This document shows, one piece after another, positions 27,966 to 42,754 of a stretch of DNA of 64,000 nt. This stretch comes from an uncultured Thiomicrospira sp. Its GTDB lineage: Bacteria; Pseudomonadota; Gammaproteobacteria; CAKMZV01. The first letter of the stretch is position 1; every line of letters starts with the position of its first letter. Where the stretch lies: positions 1,408,001 to 1,472,000 of the forward strand of contig OZ239628.1 in the NCBI GenBank assembly GCA_965195345.1, in the 5' to 3' direction. The notes beneath the pieces are model-generated. The model was not told the DNA's origin and did not search any database. It saw nothing but the letters and a program-made list of their open reading frames with translations. Position numbers and translations under genes: made by a program.

Positions 27966-29144
27966 ATGGAATCTAATTTAGAACTCTTTTTAGGGCTTTG
28001 TGTTGCAGGGCTAATCGGAACTTTATGGTTTTTCTCATTGCGCTATATCAGAGCATGTGAACATTTAAAACGCAAAGACGAGCAGATAAAACAACTTATC
28101 TCCGAGCAAGACAATGTTGAAAAAATCGCTCAAAAAGTAATAGAAGTAAACAGCGAAAAAACGACTGAAACCACAAAACAAAAACTTGCTGAAACCGTCA
28201 AACCATTACAGGAAGAGATGGGTAAACTGCAAAAACGCATCAATGAAATTAACGATATAGAGAACCTCCAACACGGCGAACTAAAGCAACAACTAGAGCA
28301 ACTACGCCAATTGAATCAGCAATTGAGCAGTGAAGCTACTAATTTATCACGCGCGCTTAAAGGCGATAACAAAACGCAAGGTCATTGGGGAGAAATGATC
28401 TTAGAAAGAGTGCTGGAATTGGCGGGTTTGCAAAAAAATCGCGAATACTTCTCTCAACAAAGCTTTTATGAAGATGGCAAAACAGTTATACCAGACACAA
28501 TTATCAAACTGCCGAGTAATCGACAAGTGATTATTGATGCCAAAGTCAGCTTAAAAAACTACGAACAAATGACCAGTTCAGAAGATGACAATCTCAAACA
28601 AGAAGCCTTGCAAGCACATGCGAAATCTATTGAGCGACACATTCAAAACTTAGCAGGAAAAGATTATGCTAATATAGGAGAACTTAACAGTTTAGATGCC
28701 GTATTGATGTTTATACCAATTGAAAGTGCGTGGCAACTTGCATTGAGTGTTCAACCTTCTTTATTTGACTTATCTCTAAAGAAAAAGATTCTCATTGTTA
28801 CACCTAGCTCTCTTTTCACTACTTTACGCATAATAGCGCAAAATTGGGAAATGGAGAGAAGAAACAAAAATGCAGAAGAAATTGCACAAGTTGGGGGCCG
28901 CTTGATTGATAAGCTGATTTCTTACAGTGAGGATTTGGAAAAAGTAGGTAAGCACATTGAAAGCGCTCACCGTAGCCAAGATGAGGCGTTAAAAAAACTA
29001 ACCACTGGCAGAGGAAATGCATTAAGCATAGCACGTCGCCTCAATAAAATGGGTGCGAATAATCGTAAAGAATTGCCCTTAGAAACGCATCTTGATGAAA
29101 CCAAAGTTGACGCGAAGGTTAAAGCAAAGATTGAAGAAGAATAA
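27966..29144 (+). CDS. rmuC: DNA recombination protein RmuC
   Basis: N-terminal TM helix and coiled coil, motifs KTQGHWGEMILERVLE, IIDAKVSL and VLMFIPIE. Confidence 0.93.
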   Translation: MESNLELFLGLCVAGLIGTLWFFSLRYIRACEHLKRKDEQIKQLISEQDNVEKIAQKVIEVNSEKTTETTKQKLAETVKPLQEEMGKLQKRINEINDIENLQHGELKQQLEQLRQLNQQLSSEATNLSRALKGDNKTQGHWGEMILERVLELAGLQKNREYFSQQSFYEDGKTVIPDTIIKLPSNRQVIIDAKVSLKNYEQMTSSEDDNLKQEALQAHAKSIERHIQNLAGKDYANIGELNSLDAVLMFIPIESAWQLALSVQPSLFDLSLKKKILIVTPSSLFTTLRIIAQNWEMERRNKNAEEIAQVGGRLIDKLISYSEDLEKVGKHIESAHRSQDEALKKLTTGRGNALSIARRLNKMGANNRKELPLETHLDETKVDAKVKAKIEEE

Positions 29145-29240
29145 TTGTATATTCAACGCTCTGTAAACTTATTTTCTACTGTAGCTGCAAAAATTTGAAT
29201 TTTTTAATTTGGCGTTGAAGGCTGATTCAACCCATAGTGA

Positions 29241-31043
29241 TTAGGCACCTCGTTTGTGTCTCCTGCGCTCAGCCTCGGTCAAATACTTCTTCCTCAAACG
29301 AATGCTCTCGGGTGTAATCTCCAAATATTCATCTGATCCAATATAATCAATTGCTTGCTCTAGTGTCAACTTCCTTATAGGAACTAGGTTGATTGCATCA
29401 TCTTTTCCAGATGCACGAACGTTTGTGAGCTTTTTATTTTTAGTTGGGTTAACGGTTAAATCACTGCCTTTCAAATGTTCACCAATAATCATGCCTTCAT
29501 AAACAGGCATTGCGGGTCCGATAAACAAGGGCCCTCTTTCTTGCAAATTCCATAAACTATAAGCCATTGTTGCCCCGTTTTCTCCACAGATCATACTACC
29601 GACCTGTCTTTTTTCAATATCACCCTTATACGCTTCATAACTTTCAAAAGCAGATGACAAGATACCCTCACCCTTGGTTAACGTTGTAAATCGTGATTTA
29701 AAGCCTAAAAGACCTCTGGATGGCACTAAATATTCCATACTGGTTATGTCATTTTCTTCAATCAGACTCATCATTTCGCCTTTACGCGCTCCGAGCTCAG
29801 AAATGATATTACCAACCATTGATGTAGGCGCACTAATAGCAACTCGTTCAATAGGCTCATTCTTCACACCATTTTCTTCTCGAAAAATAACCTCAGGGGC
29901 GCCCACTTGTAATTCAAATTTTTCGCGGCGCATTGATTCAATCAATACCGCCAAATGCAACTCTCCACGCCCACTAACGATAAAACAATCGGGATTAGAA
30001 AAGTCAAAACGCATACCAACATTAATCTCTTCCTCTCTCTCAAGGCGTTCTCTTATTTGTCTGGAAGTAAGGAATGTACCGCTTTGCCCAGCAAAAGGAG
30101 AATCATTCACCATAATAGACATCTTAAGGGTTGGTTCATCTATCTGAATGACAGGCATTCTTTCAATACTGTTGTTAGCTGCAATGGTATCTCCAACATC
30201 GATACCACTAAGTCCTCCTAGAGTGACAATCTCCCCACTGGTTGCCATCTCCACCTTTTCCCGATGCAGTCCCTCTGTTATAAGAACTTCGGATATCTTT
30301 GCGCGTCTTTGTTCGCCCGCTTGATTAGTTACTGTTACTTCTTGTCCACGCTTCACGCTGCCCTCGTATAGACGTCCTACAGCCATTCGACCCAAAAAAT
30401 TATCATAGGCCAAGTTACTTACTTGCATGCGTAATGGCAAACTGGCATCGGTTTGTGCTTGTGGTACATGCTTAATGATCATTTCGAAAATTGGTTGAAC
30501 ATTATCTTCCAATTTATCGGCCTCATAACCAGCACGACCTTGCTTAGCAATGGAATAACAGATAGGAAAGTCCAGCTGTTCTTCGTCAGCTCCAAGTGTT
30601 ACGAATAAATCAAACAACGAGTCAACCACCCAATCACAGCGTGCAGAAGGTTTATCCACTTTATTGATCAATACAATCGGACGCAGCCCCAATTCAAGTG
30701 ATTTTGACAAGACAAATTTGGTTTGTGGCATAGGGCCTTCATACGCATCAACCACTAGTAAAACACTATCGACCATAAGTAAAACACGTTCTACTTCAGA
30801 ACCAAAATCGGCATGCCCAGGCGTATCAACAACATTAATTTTGCAATCGCCGACCATCAGTGAAGTATTCTTGGCATAAATAGTAATGCCGCGCTCTTTC
30901 TCTTGATCGAAAGAATCCATGACACGATTCTCAACAACTTGATTTGCGCGGAATGTTCCACTTTGTTGTAATAGAGCATCGACGAGGGTGGTTTTACCAT
31001 GATCAACATGTGCGATGATAGCAATATTGCGAAAATTATGCAT
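29241..31043 (-). CDS. typA: Translational GTPase TypA/BipA
   Basis: Motifs RNIAIIAHVDHGKTTLVD, DTPGHADF, GRGELHL and KKLTNVRASG. Confidence 0.97.
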   Translation of the reverse strand: MHNFRNIAIIAHVDHGKTTLVDALLQQSGTFRANQVVENRVMDSFDQEKERGITIYAKNTSLMVGDCKINVVDTPGHADFGSEVERVLLMVDSVLLVVDAYEGPMPQTKFVLSKSLELGLRPIVLINKVDKPSARCDWVVDSLFDLFVTLGADEEQLDFPICYSIAKQGRAGYEADKLEDNVQPIFEMIIKHVPQAQTDASLPLRMQVSNLAYDNFLGRMAVGRLYEGSVKRGQEVTVTNQAGEQRRAKISEVLITEGLHREKVEMATSGEIVTLGGLSGIDVGDTIAANNSIERMPVIQIDEPTLKMSIMVNDSPFAGQSGTFLTSRQIRERLEREEEINVGMRFDFSNPDCFIVSGRGELHLAVLIESMRREKFELQVGAPEVIFREENGVKNEPIERVAISAPTSMVGNIISELGARKGEMMSLIEENDITSMEYLVPSRGLLGFKSRFTTLTKGEGILSSAFESYEAYKGDIEKRQVGSMICGENGATMAYSLWNLQERGPLFIGPAMPVYEGMIIGEHLKGSDLTVNPTKNKKLTNVRASGKDDAINLVPIRKLTLEQAIDYIGSDEYLEITPESIRLRKKYLTEAERRRHKRGA

Positions 31044-31126
31044 TTGTTAAAGTGTATTAAGGTGTGTATTAAGTATATTTTAGGCGCGCGCATTATACGC
31101 CCCATCACACTTATCTAAGCCCCTAT

Positions 31127-32662
31127 TTATTGGCTTTTTTTTACTGATTGATAGATAGCAAACAAAGTTCCAGTCATTAACAATAGCATAAGAGAAGGAA
31201 GTGCGGCAGCTTCATATAATCCTTCTGAAGCTAAATTATAGATACGCACAGACAAAGTATCCCAACCAACAGGGCGAAGAATCAAGGTAATAGGCAGTTC
31301 TTTGACAAGATCAAGTGTTAGTAATAATAATCCTGTCCACAAACCACTGCGCAACACTGGAAAATAAAATCGTTTAAGCAAATCAAATTTTGATCGAGCA
31401 TAAATTAATGCAGCATTTTCCAGTGAAGGTGACATACTTTCCCAAGTTGCATTTAAAGGATTAAGCGCTAAGGGAATAAATCTTAAACAGTATGCCCATA
31501 CCAATAAAAACAGCCATGTAAAGGTATTTGCAGGCAATAGTAAAGCCATACTGAGCATAGCAATACCCAAAGTTGTTCCCGGTAGTGCATAGCCGGCAGA
31601 AAAAGTATCAACGATAAAACACACTGTCTTTGAATTGCTTTTGTGGCGTAAACTACTAAGAAGCAGGGCTAAACTTAGCACACAAAATATACCAACAACG
31701 CTTAAAGTTAAAGTATTAAGCGTCCAATCAAAAAAGCGGCTATCCAATGTGAATGTATCGAAACTCCAATATATAAGTTGTAGTAATGGGATAGCGAGAG
31801 AAATAACAATCCAGATGAAAGTCACAGAATAGAAAAACCATTTGTGCAGAGAGTTAATACTGGTAGTAGCAACCATCACTAATTGTCGATTATCAAATCG
31901 TTGATTGCCCCTGCCCCAACGTTCAAAAAAAACAAACAATAAAGCAAGTACTAACAAGTGCAGAGTCAAAATAATTGCTAATTGAATATTGCGATAATCT
32001 TCCCACGAGCTGTAAATTGCGAGAGTAAACGTGTTGTACTCAAACATTGAGACCACACCAAAATCAGCAAGCACCTCCATCATAACCAATACCGCGCCAG
32101 CAAATATTCCAGGACGAATGAGCGACATCAATACTTTTGTCATTTTAAAAGAACTGCCCTGTGCATATACTCTGGCGGCGCGAATACTACTGTTGCTCTG
32201 GCGATCAAAAGAGGCGCTAGCCAATAGATAAACATAGGGAGTCAATGCCGTACTCATGGCAAATGCGACACCCCAAGACGAGGAACGCACATCTATGCCG
32301 CCCTGCAAAACAAATGTCTCGCGCACAAATTGTTGAATGACTCCTGAATAGTCCCAAAATCCAATAAATATGAAAGCATGGACGTATGAAGGAAAAGCCA
32401 AAGGAAATAACAGAAGGTAGTGAAGCCAACGAGCACCAGTTATTGCATAAAGTTTTACATGCCATGCAAAAAACACACCCATTACTGTAGAAATTGCAAC
32501 GACTTTAAACACCAATGTGAAAGTGTTGATGGTTATTTCAACAAGTAAATCGCTGTCTGATAAGAGTGTAGAAAACGCCTGTTGACCAAACCCTTGATGA
32601 AAAGTGATAATAAATGGGAAGAAAAATAAGCAAAAAATGCCTATACTGAATGATCTGCTCAT
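31127..32662 (-). CDS. Iron(III) ABC transporter permease (FbpB-like)
   Basis: Two-repeat permease with motifs PLAFPSYV, MEVLADFG and KELPITLILRP. Confidence 0.88.
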   Translation of the reverse strand: MSRSFSIGIFCLFFFPFIITFHQGFGQQAFSTLLSDSDLLVEITINTFTLVFKVVAISTVMGVFFAWHVKLYAITGARWLHYLLLFPLAFPSYVHAFIFIGFWDYSGVIQQFVRETFVLQGGIDVRSSSWGVAFAMSTALTPYVYLLASASFDRQSNSSIRAARVYAQGSSFKMTKVLMSLIRPGIFAGAVLVMMEVLADFGVVSMFEYNTFTLAIYSSWEDYRNIQLAIILTLHLLVLALLFVFFERWGRGNQRFDNRQLVMVATTSINSLHKWFFYSVTFIWIVISLAIPLLQLIYWSFDTFTLDSRFFDWTLNTLTLSVVGIFCVLSLALLLSSLRHKSNSKTVCFIVDTFSAGYALPGTTLGIAMLSMALLLPANTFTWLFLLVWAYCLRFIPLALNPLNATWESMSPSLENAALIYARSKFDLLKRFYFPVLRSGLWTGLLLLTLDLVKELPITLILRPVGWDTLSVRIYNLASEGLYEAAALPSLMLLLMTGTLFAIYQSVKKSQ

Positions 32663-32671
32663 GCTAAGTGG

Positions 32672-33673
32672 CTATTTATACCCTGCTCGGCGCATTAATT
32701 CCACAGCCTTTCTCTGCATTCCCCCAAGCTTTTCTAATTTAATTCCATCTACTTTGAATTTGCCCCATTTGCTCACAATGGAGTGTAGCTCTACGCCATC
32801 AATAATTGGAAATTCCATATTTTGTTGTGCAAATTGCTTTTGATTCTCTGGAAAAAGCAACCATTCGAGCAATTGCTTTGCGAGCTTTTTGTTGTCTGAT
32901 TTATAAGCTATGCCTCCACCACTCAAATTGACATGCACACCTTGAGATTTTTGATTCGACCAAAACAATGCAACAGGCAATTGCGGATTTTTTTTCAACT
33001 CGCGCCCCAAATAATAAGTGTTGACAATACCAACATCGCATTGACCCGCTGTTATTGCCTTAATCACTTGAGAATCTTTAGCAAACGGACGTGTGGCAAG
33101 ATTATTAACCCAACCCGCTATAATCTGTTCAGTTTTATCCTCGCCATAATGCAAAATCATTGCCGATACTAAAGATTTGTTATAAACCTTCTTTGCTGTA
33201 CGAAGACACAAACGTTTATGCCATTTTGAAGACGCTAAATCAGCATAATCGCTTAGCGCTGCTGGCTTTACTCTTTGAGTGCTATAAATAATACTACGAG
33301 CTCGCAAAGACAGCCCAATCCAATAAAGGCTTCCGTTGTCGCTTGCACGCCATTTTTCTGGAACTTTTTTTATTACTGCGTCGCTTTTAAAAGGTGCAAG
33401 AACTCCCTTTTTTTTAGCATAATCGAGATTACCAACATCTGAAAGTATTAATACATCAACGTTATCACCAAATTTGTGTAACCGCTCAATCAAAGATTGG
33501 TCTTTCCCAGTAATCAATTTAATATCTACGTTGTATTCTTTTGAAAAATCGTCAAGTAATGGCTTGATTAAAGGTTCTTTACGCGAAGAATACACTGTCA
33601 ATGTGGGGTTTGCGTATGTCAGCAAAGGTAAAAAAAACGACATCAAAACTAAGGTTGAAACAAATGACTTCAT
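32672..33673 (-). CDS. Iron(III) ABC transporter substrate-binding protein (FbpA/FutA-like)
   Basis: Signal peptide, motifs VYSSRKE, GQCDVGIVNTYY and GVHVNLSGGG. Confidence 0.9.
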   Translation of the reverse strand: MKSFVSTLVLMSFFLPLLTYANPTLTVYSSRKEPLIKPLLDDFSKEYNVDIKLITGKDQSLIERLHKFGDNVDVLILSDVGNLDYAKKKGVLAPFKSDAVIKKVPEKWRASDNGSLYWIGLSLRARSIIYSTQRVKPAALSDYADLASSKWHKRLCLRTAKKVYNKSLVSAMILHYGEDKTEQIIAGWVNNLATRPFAKDSQVIKAITAGQCDVGIVNTYYLGRELKKNPQLPVALFWSNQKSQGVHVNLSGGGIAYKSDNKKLAKQLLEWLLFPENQKQFAQQNMEFPIIDGVELHSIVSKWGKFKVDGIKLEKLGGMQRKAVELMRRAGYK

Positions 33674-33693
33674 ACTTTAAACCTTCATTCAGG

Positions 33694-34425
33694 TTAACCG
33701 GTCACACCTATTCTTTCTTCCATCGGATTCATCGTACTCACATTCATCACATTCGGACTCATCTCATTAAGGGGTAAGGGCATAACAAATTTATGCAGGC
33801 GATGATCTGATATGGAGTACGTCACATCAGCAAATTGTTCAGCTTCCAATAAATTATGCGTCACCAACAAAGAAGGTATTTTTTGCGCCAAAACTAATTG
33901 ACGCATATCACTAATAATGCAACTAGTGCATTCTGCGTCAATATTGGAAAAAGGTTCATCGAGTAACAATATATCAGGTTCAATCGCTAGAGATCGAGCA
34001 ATGCCTATGCGCTGTTGCTGCCCTCCAGATAGTTGATGCGGATATTTATTTTCAAAACCAGGTAATTCAACCATCTCGAGATACTTTTCTATTAGAGAAC
34101 GTTTTTTCTCACGATCTTTAGTTCGAATGGCATAAGCAATATTGTCTTCAACCGATAAGTGGGGAAACAAAGCAACATCTTGAAAAACATAGCCTATTTT
34201 AAAATCCTTAGCAGGACGCATTGAACACATCGAACGACTCTGTAAATAAATTTCTCCAGAATATTCTTTATGAAAACCAATGATGGTATTGAGCAATGTA
34301 CTCTTCCCGCTACCACTGGGACCAAAAACACACGCGATCTTGCCTTCATCAATCGATAAATTAATCTCTTCAAGTAATGTTTTTTGCTTAATTTTTACCG
34401 TTAAGTTCTTGATATGGAAAGTCAT
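33694..34425 (-). CDS. Iron(III) ABC transporter ATP-binding protein (short, no TOBE domain)
   Basis: Motifs GPSGSGKST, LSGGQQQR and LLLDEPFS. Confidence 0.9.
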   Translation of the reverse strand: MTFHIKNLTVKIKQKTLLEEINLSIDEGKIACVFGPSGSGKSTLLNTIIGFHKEYSGEIYLQSRSMCSMRPAKDFKIGYVFQDVALFPHLSVEDNIAYAIRTKDREKKRSLIEKYLEMVELPGFENKYPHQLSGGQQQRIGIARSLAIEPDILLLDEPFSNIDAECTSCIISDMRQLVLAQKIPSLLVTHNLLEAEQFADVTYSISDHRLHKFVMPLPLNEMSPNVMNVSTMNPMEERIGVTG

Positions 34426-34480
34426 AAAAATAAGATATTGTTTGCAAAATGCCGTAGGAGGTAGTTTTGAATAATCGCGA

Positions 34481-34510
34481 ATTGTAAAGCATGATTGACA
34501 ATTTTGTCAA
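34481..34510 (-). promoter_or_regulatory. Sigma70-type promoter for the Fe ABC operon, with -35 embedded in a palindrome
   Basis: Minus strand: TTGACA (34510-34505), 18 nt, TACAAT (34486-34481). Palindrome TTGACAA-tt-TTGTCAA at 34495-34510. Confidence 0.55.
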
Positions 34511-34622
34511 CCTACATTTACAGTGCAAAAGATCTTTGGCTTCACTTGAAGTTTTGCGCTCTTATTTTGAAAATGAATGGGAAAGAAATTTCCTCTTACA
34601 ATATGAGGGTGTGTAGTGATTA

Positions 34623-38945
<4,323 letters not shown>

Positions 38946-39145
38946 GTGAATTTAAAAATCACAACAATGCAACATTCCAGCACACAATTGATAATTTGAA
39001 AAAGTGCATCATCGTAGCATGAGAACAACCAGTTATCAAGGTATAATTGCACCCACTAATTAACCCTATTGTACTCAAATAATAACCTCTTCCAAGACTA
39101 AGCTTGCAAGAAATCATTCATCTTAATTTTTCTGGAATACCTAAA

Positions 39146-40237
39146 ATGCTAGCAACAGATCGTATTTTTCACTTAAGCCATACTGACCTTGACGGCTATG
39201 GTTGTCAATTCATGCTTGCTCAAGCCTTTTATAACGTTGCTTATTACAATTGCGACTACAAAGAGGTCAATCATGTGCTTGTCCAAATAGTCAAGCAAAT
39301 TAAAATAGAATCTCTTACGGGAGGGGTAGTAAAATTTCTGCTAATTTCAGACCTGAACCTGACTATTTCACAGGCTGATTGGTTAGAAAGTGCCTTGAGT
39401 AAACTTACAAACCCACCAGAAATCCTACTCATTGACCATCATGCAACAGGCGCGGCTGTGGCTGATAAGTACTCATGGTACAAGCTTGATATTAATTATT
39501 GTGCAACCAAGCTGGTTTGGCAGTGGGTTAAACCTTTTTTATCAGAATCAACGCCAGAGCGCATTGCACATCTTGAGCAAGTTGCCTCTCTAATCAATGT
39601 TACCGACATGTGGCTCAAAAAAGAGCCTCTATTTCACCACGCCAACTTTATAGCGGACATCATGTTTGAACGCCCTTGGTATCCTCCTAATATGACTGAA
39701 TTAGGAAGAGAATACAGATTTCATTTAATCGATAAAATAAGTGAAGACTTTTTAAATGGACTGACCGTTTTGGATGTAGAACGGCATTTAATTGATATAA
39801 GATTAGATTTTCTTCGTTTTAATAACTTAGATGAATCAATTGTTTCAGACGAAAATCGTTCATTAGATAACAAATTTTATGAACTTGTTTTAGAGGAAAT
39901 ATTACGTGCTGGAGTTGACACAGTTCGCATTGATAATCTAACCGCTTGCGTATTCTTCGCTTGGAGTGGAACATTATTTCAGCATCTGAGTTCCAGACTA
40001 TTTGAACGCAATAAAAATATTGCAATTGCCATCCGCATAAGTTCTCAGGGAAAACTATCATTGCGCTCAAATGACCCCCAAAATAACGTTGGTTTAATCG
40101 CTCAAAAATATTACCAAGGGGGCGGACATCCTTGTGCAGCTGGTGGACAACTTAGACAGGATAAGATCGATTCAATTCAAACAGCTAAAAAAGCGCTTCT
40201 TTATCCCATTCAAAAAAATACGCATAAAAACATATAA
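39146..40237 (+). CDS. DHH/DHHA1-family phosphoesterase
   Basis: Motifs HLSHTDLDGYGCQ, ISDLNL, LIDHH and GGGHPCAAGG. Likely ATG at 39146. Confidence 0.9.
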   Translation: MLATDRIFHLSHTDLDGYGCQFMLAQAFYNVAYYNCDYKEVNHVLVQIVKQIKIESLTGGVVKFLLISDLNLTISQADWLESALSKLTNPPEILLIDHHATGAAVADKYSWYKLDINYCATKLVWQWVKPFLSESTPERIAHLEQVASLINVTDMWLKKEPLFHHANFIADIMFERPWYPPNMTELGREYRFHLIDKISEDFLNGLTVLDVERHLIDIRLDFLRFNNLDESIVSDENRSLDNKFYELVLEEILRAGVDTVRIDNLTACVFFAWSGTLFQHLSSRLFERNKNIAIAIRISSQGKLSLRSNDPQNNVGLIAQKYYQGGGHPCAAGGQLRQDKIDSIQTAKKALLYPIQKNTHKNI

Positions 40238-40358
40238 AACACAATTCAAAGAGCCTTTAAAAATTGCGACATTACCCATTCACTATGCATGTGGCAATTT
40301 CAACGGTGTAGTGAATGGCAATTTAAAGTTCATGATTTTTCAGCATCTAATAATATTA

Positions 40359-40391
40359 CCTTAATCACTCCTTAATCACTCCTTAATCACT
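40359..40391. repeat. Tandem repeat (CCTTAATCACT)x3 upstream of hupB
   Basis: Three perfect 11-bp copies at 40359, 40370 and 40381. Confidence 0.9.
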
Positions 40392-40590
40392 ATATAATAT
40401 ACGAATTGATGTTTATATTCGTAGTAATTAAAATAAACCTTAAAATAATCCAACCCCATGTATAATTTATTACTTGAATCAAATATTTCTTGACAAAAAG
40501 CTGCCAAACAGGTAAAAATAGTCAAACTACGCAGATTAAATGAAACTTTTTTAAAAAAACAAACGTATAACAATCTTTTCAGGAGAAAAC

Positions 40591-40866
40591 ATGAACAAAT
40601 CAGAATTAGTAAATGAAGTAAGTAGTAAAAGCGGACTTACTAGAGCAGATGCAAATCGTGCGATAGACGCTACCGTTGATGCTATTACAGAAGCTTTGGC
40701 TAAAGGTGACCAAGTCAGTGTGGTAGGATTCGGAACTTTTAAAACTTCAGAAAGAGCTGCACGTGCTGGACGCAATCCACAAACAGGCGCTGCTATACAA
40801 ATTGCTGCTGCCACACTGCCTCGTTTTTCTGCTGGTAAAGCACTTAAAGACGCAGTTAATAACTAA
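40591..40866 (+). CDS. hupB: DNA-binding protein HU
   Basis: MNKSELV...GFGTFK...RAARAGRNPQTG, with an AGGAG RBS. Confidence 0.95.
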   Translation: MNKSELVNEVSSKSGLTRADANRAIDATVDAITEALAKGDQVSVVGFGTFKTSERAARAGRNPQTGAAIQIAAATLPRFSAGKALKDAVNN

Positions 40867-40884
40867 TAATATACATAAACTTGT

Positions 40885-40912
40885 AAAAAAAGGCGACATA
40901 TGTCGCCTTTTT
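40885..40912 (+). terminator. Rho-independent terminator after hupB
   Basis: AAAAAAAGGCGAC-atat-GTCGCCTTTTT. Confidence 0.88.
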
Positions 40913-41400
40913 ATTTTGACGCTTCAGCTTTATACCACACCTTTTCCCAAAAAAGACTCGCTAGTACGGAGTCAAAACTGAAGTCATTACCAGAATTTAG
41001 ATATATCAATAGGCACCCTTTAACAACTGGCGAAGAAAATACGCAGGGCTTTTAAGGTAAGTAGAATCCAAACGCCTTCGAGTACTAAGGATAAAAAACA
41101 ACAAATTCAAAACGGGCTATTAACTAAAAGACTATCTGGAGGTAGAAGCTATAAAGGATTTTTTGTCGAAAAAGGGATAACGCCCTCCAATAAAAATGCT
41201 GTTCTTTCTGAACTGCTTGATAGTCATCAAAAGTTCGTGTTCACTACGATAAGACCACAACATAGCTCACTGGCTTATACCCCCTGTTGGCTTATCCAGA
41301 AAAAGTAGCCTAAAATAAAAATATCGGTCGTACCCTAGCACCGAGTTAGAGGAGGGATCATTTCGAAAACACTCCAAAAGAAAATTAAAAACGAGTATTG

Positions 41401-41766
<366 letters not shown>

Positions 41767-41867
41767 CTAGTTTATTTATTAAATTTAATTATCATTCTAC
41801 CCTAAAATGCCAACTTACAATATCTCATAATGATTAATAAAAAGCCCATAAAAGGTATGAAAATACA

Positions 41868-42581
41868 ATGTCACTCGAAAACATTCACATCTTTCTAATA
41901 AATACGACAGAGTCTGGGAATATCGGCGCAGCATCACGAGCCATGAAAAACATGGGATTACAAAACCTAGTATTGATAAACCCGTCGTGTTCAATTGATG
42001 AAAAGGCTAAGGCGCGATCAAGTGGTGCAGATGACATTCTAGAAAATACGATAATTTCAGACAATCTTAAAGCAGCCCTTGCTTCATATAATTATGTAAT
42101 AGGAACTTCCCATCGCCAGCGAAAATCGAAAAAAAAACCTTTTGACATGGAAGACTTTCACAAACATATCAACAATAATTCGACACATGAAAAAACAGCA
42201 ATCCTCTTTGGCACAGAATCCAGTGGATTAACAAACGAAGCATTGGATTTATGTGATTATTGCCTAGCTATACCATCCAATCCTGATTTCCCATCACTTA
42301 ACCTATCACACGCAATACAAATAATATGTTACGAAACTCTACAGTCAACGATTCATACAACTGCAGGTTTAGTACAAGTACCTATTAAAGCTAAACAAAC
42401 AAGACATGAAGATTACGAGTTCTTATTTGAGTATATTGAAAAAAATCTACTTGATAGTGCATATCTCGAATCTGAGAAAGCAAAAAGCTACATGAGCAAA
42501 GTTAGAAATATCATAAAGGGAGCCAGTTTTTCGGAGGAAGAACTAAAACTATTTGCTGGATTGATTAAAAATTTACGATGA
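41868..42581 (+). CDS. trmJ: tRNA (C32/U32-2'-O)-methyltransferase TrmJ (SPOUT)
   Basis: Motifs GNIGAASRAMKNMGL, FGTESSGLTNE and SLNLSHAIQI. Confidence 0.9.
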   Translation: MSLENIHIFLINTTESGNIGAASRAMKNMGLQNLVLINPSCSIDEKAKARSSGADDILENTIISDNLKAALASYNYVIGTSHRQRKSKKKPFDMEDFHKHINNNSTHEKTAILFGTESSGLTNEALDLCDYCLAIPSNPDFPSLNLSHAIQIICYETLQSTIHTTAGLVQVPIKAKQTRHEDYEFLFEYIEKNLLDSAYLESEKAKSYMSKVRNIIKGASFSEEELKLFAGLIKNLR

Positions 42582-42754
42582 ATGACTACCTGTAATCAAG
42601 CAATGTGTCAAAATATCCTCATTAGCGAATAACTTAGAATGCGCATGTAAAAAATAAGTTTGTTACTCGAAAAAATCAAAGTGTGATGAAAAAACATTTA
42701 CTAAAAAAACAAAAAAAAAATCACCAATTAAATGCCCTCTCCATTAAAAAAACC

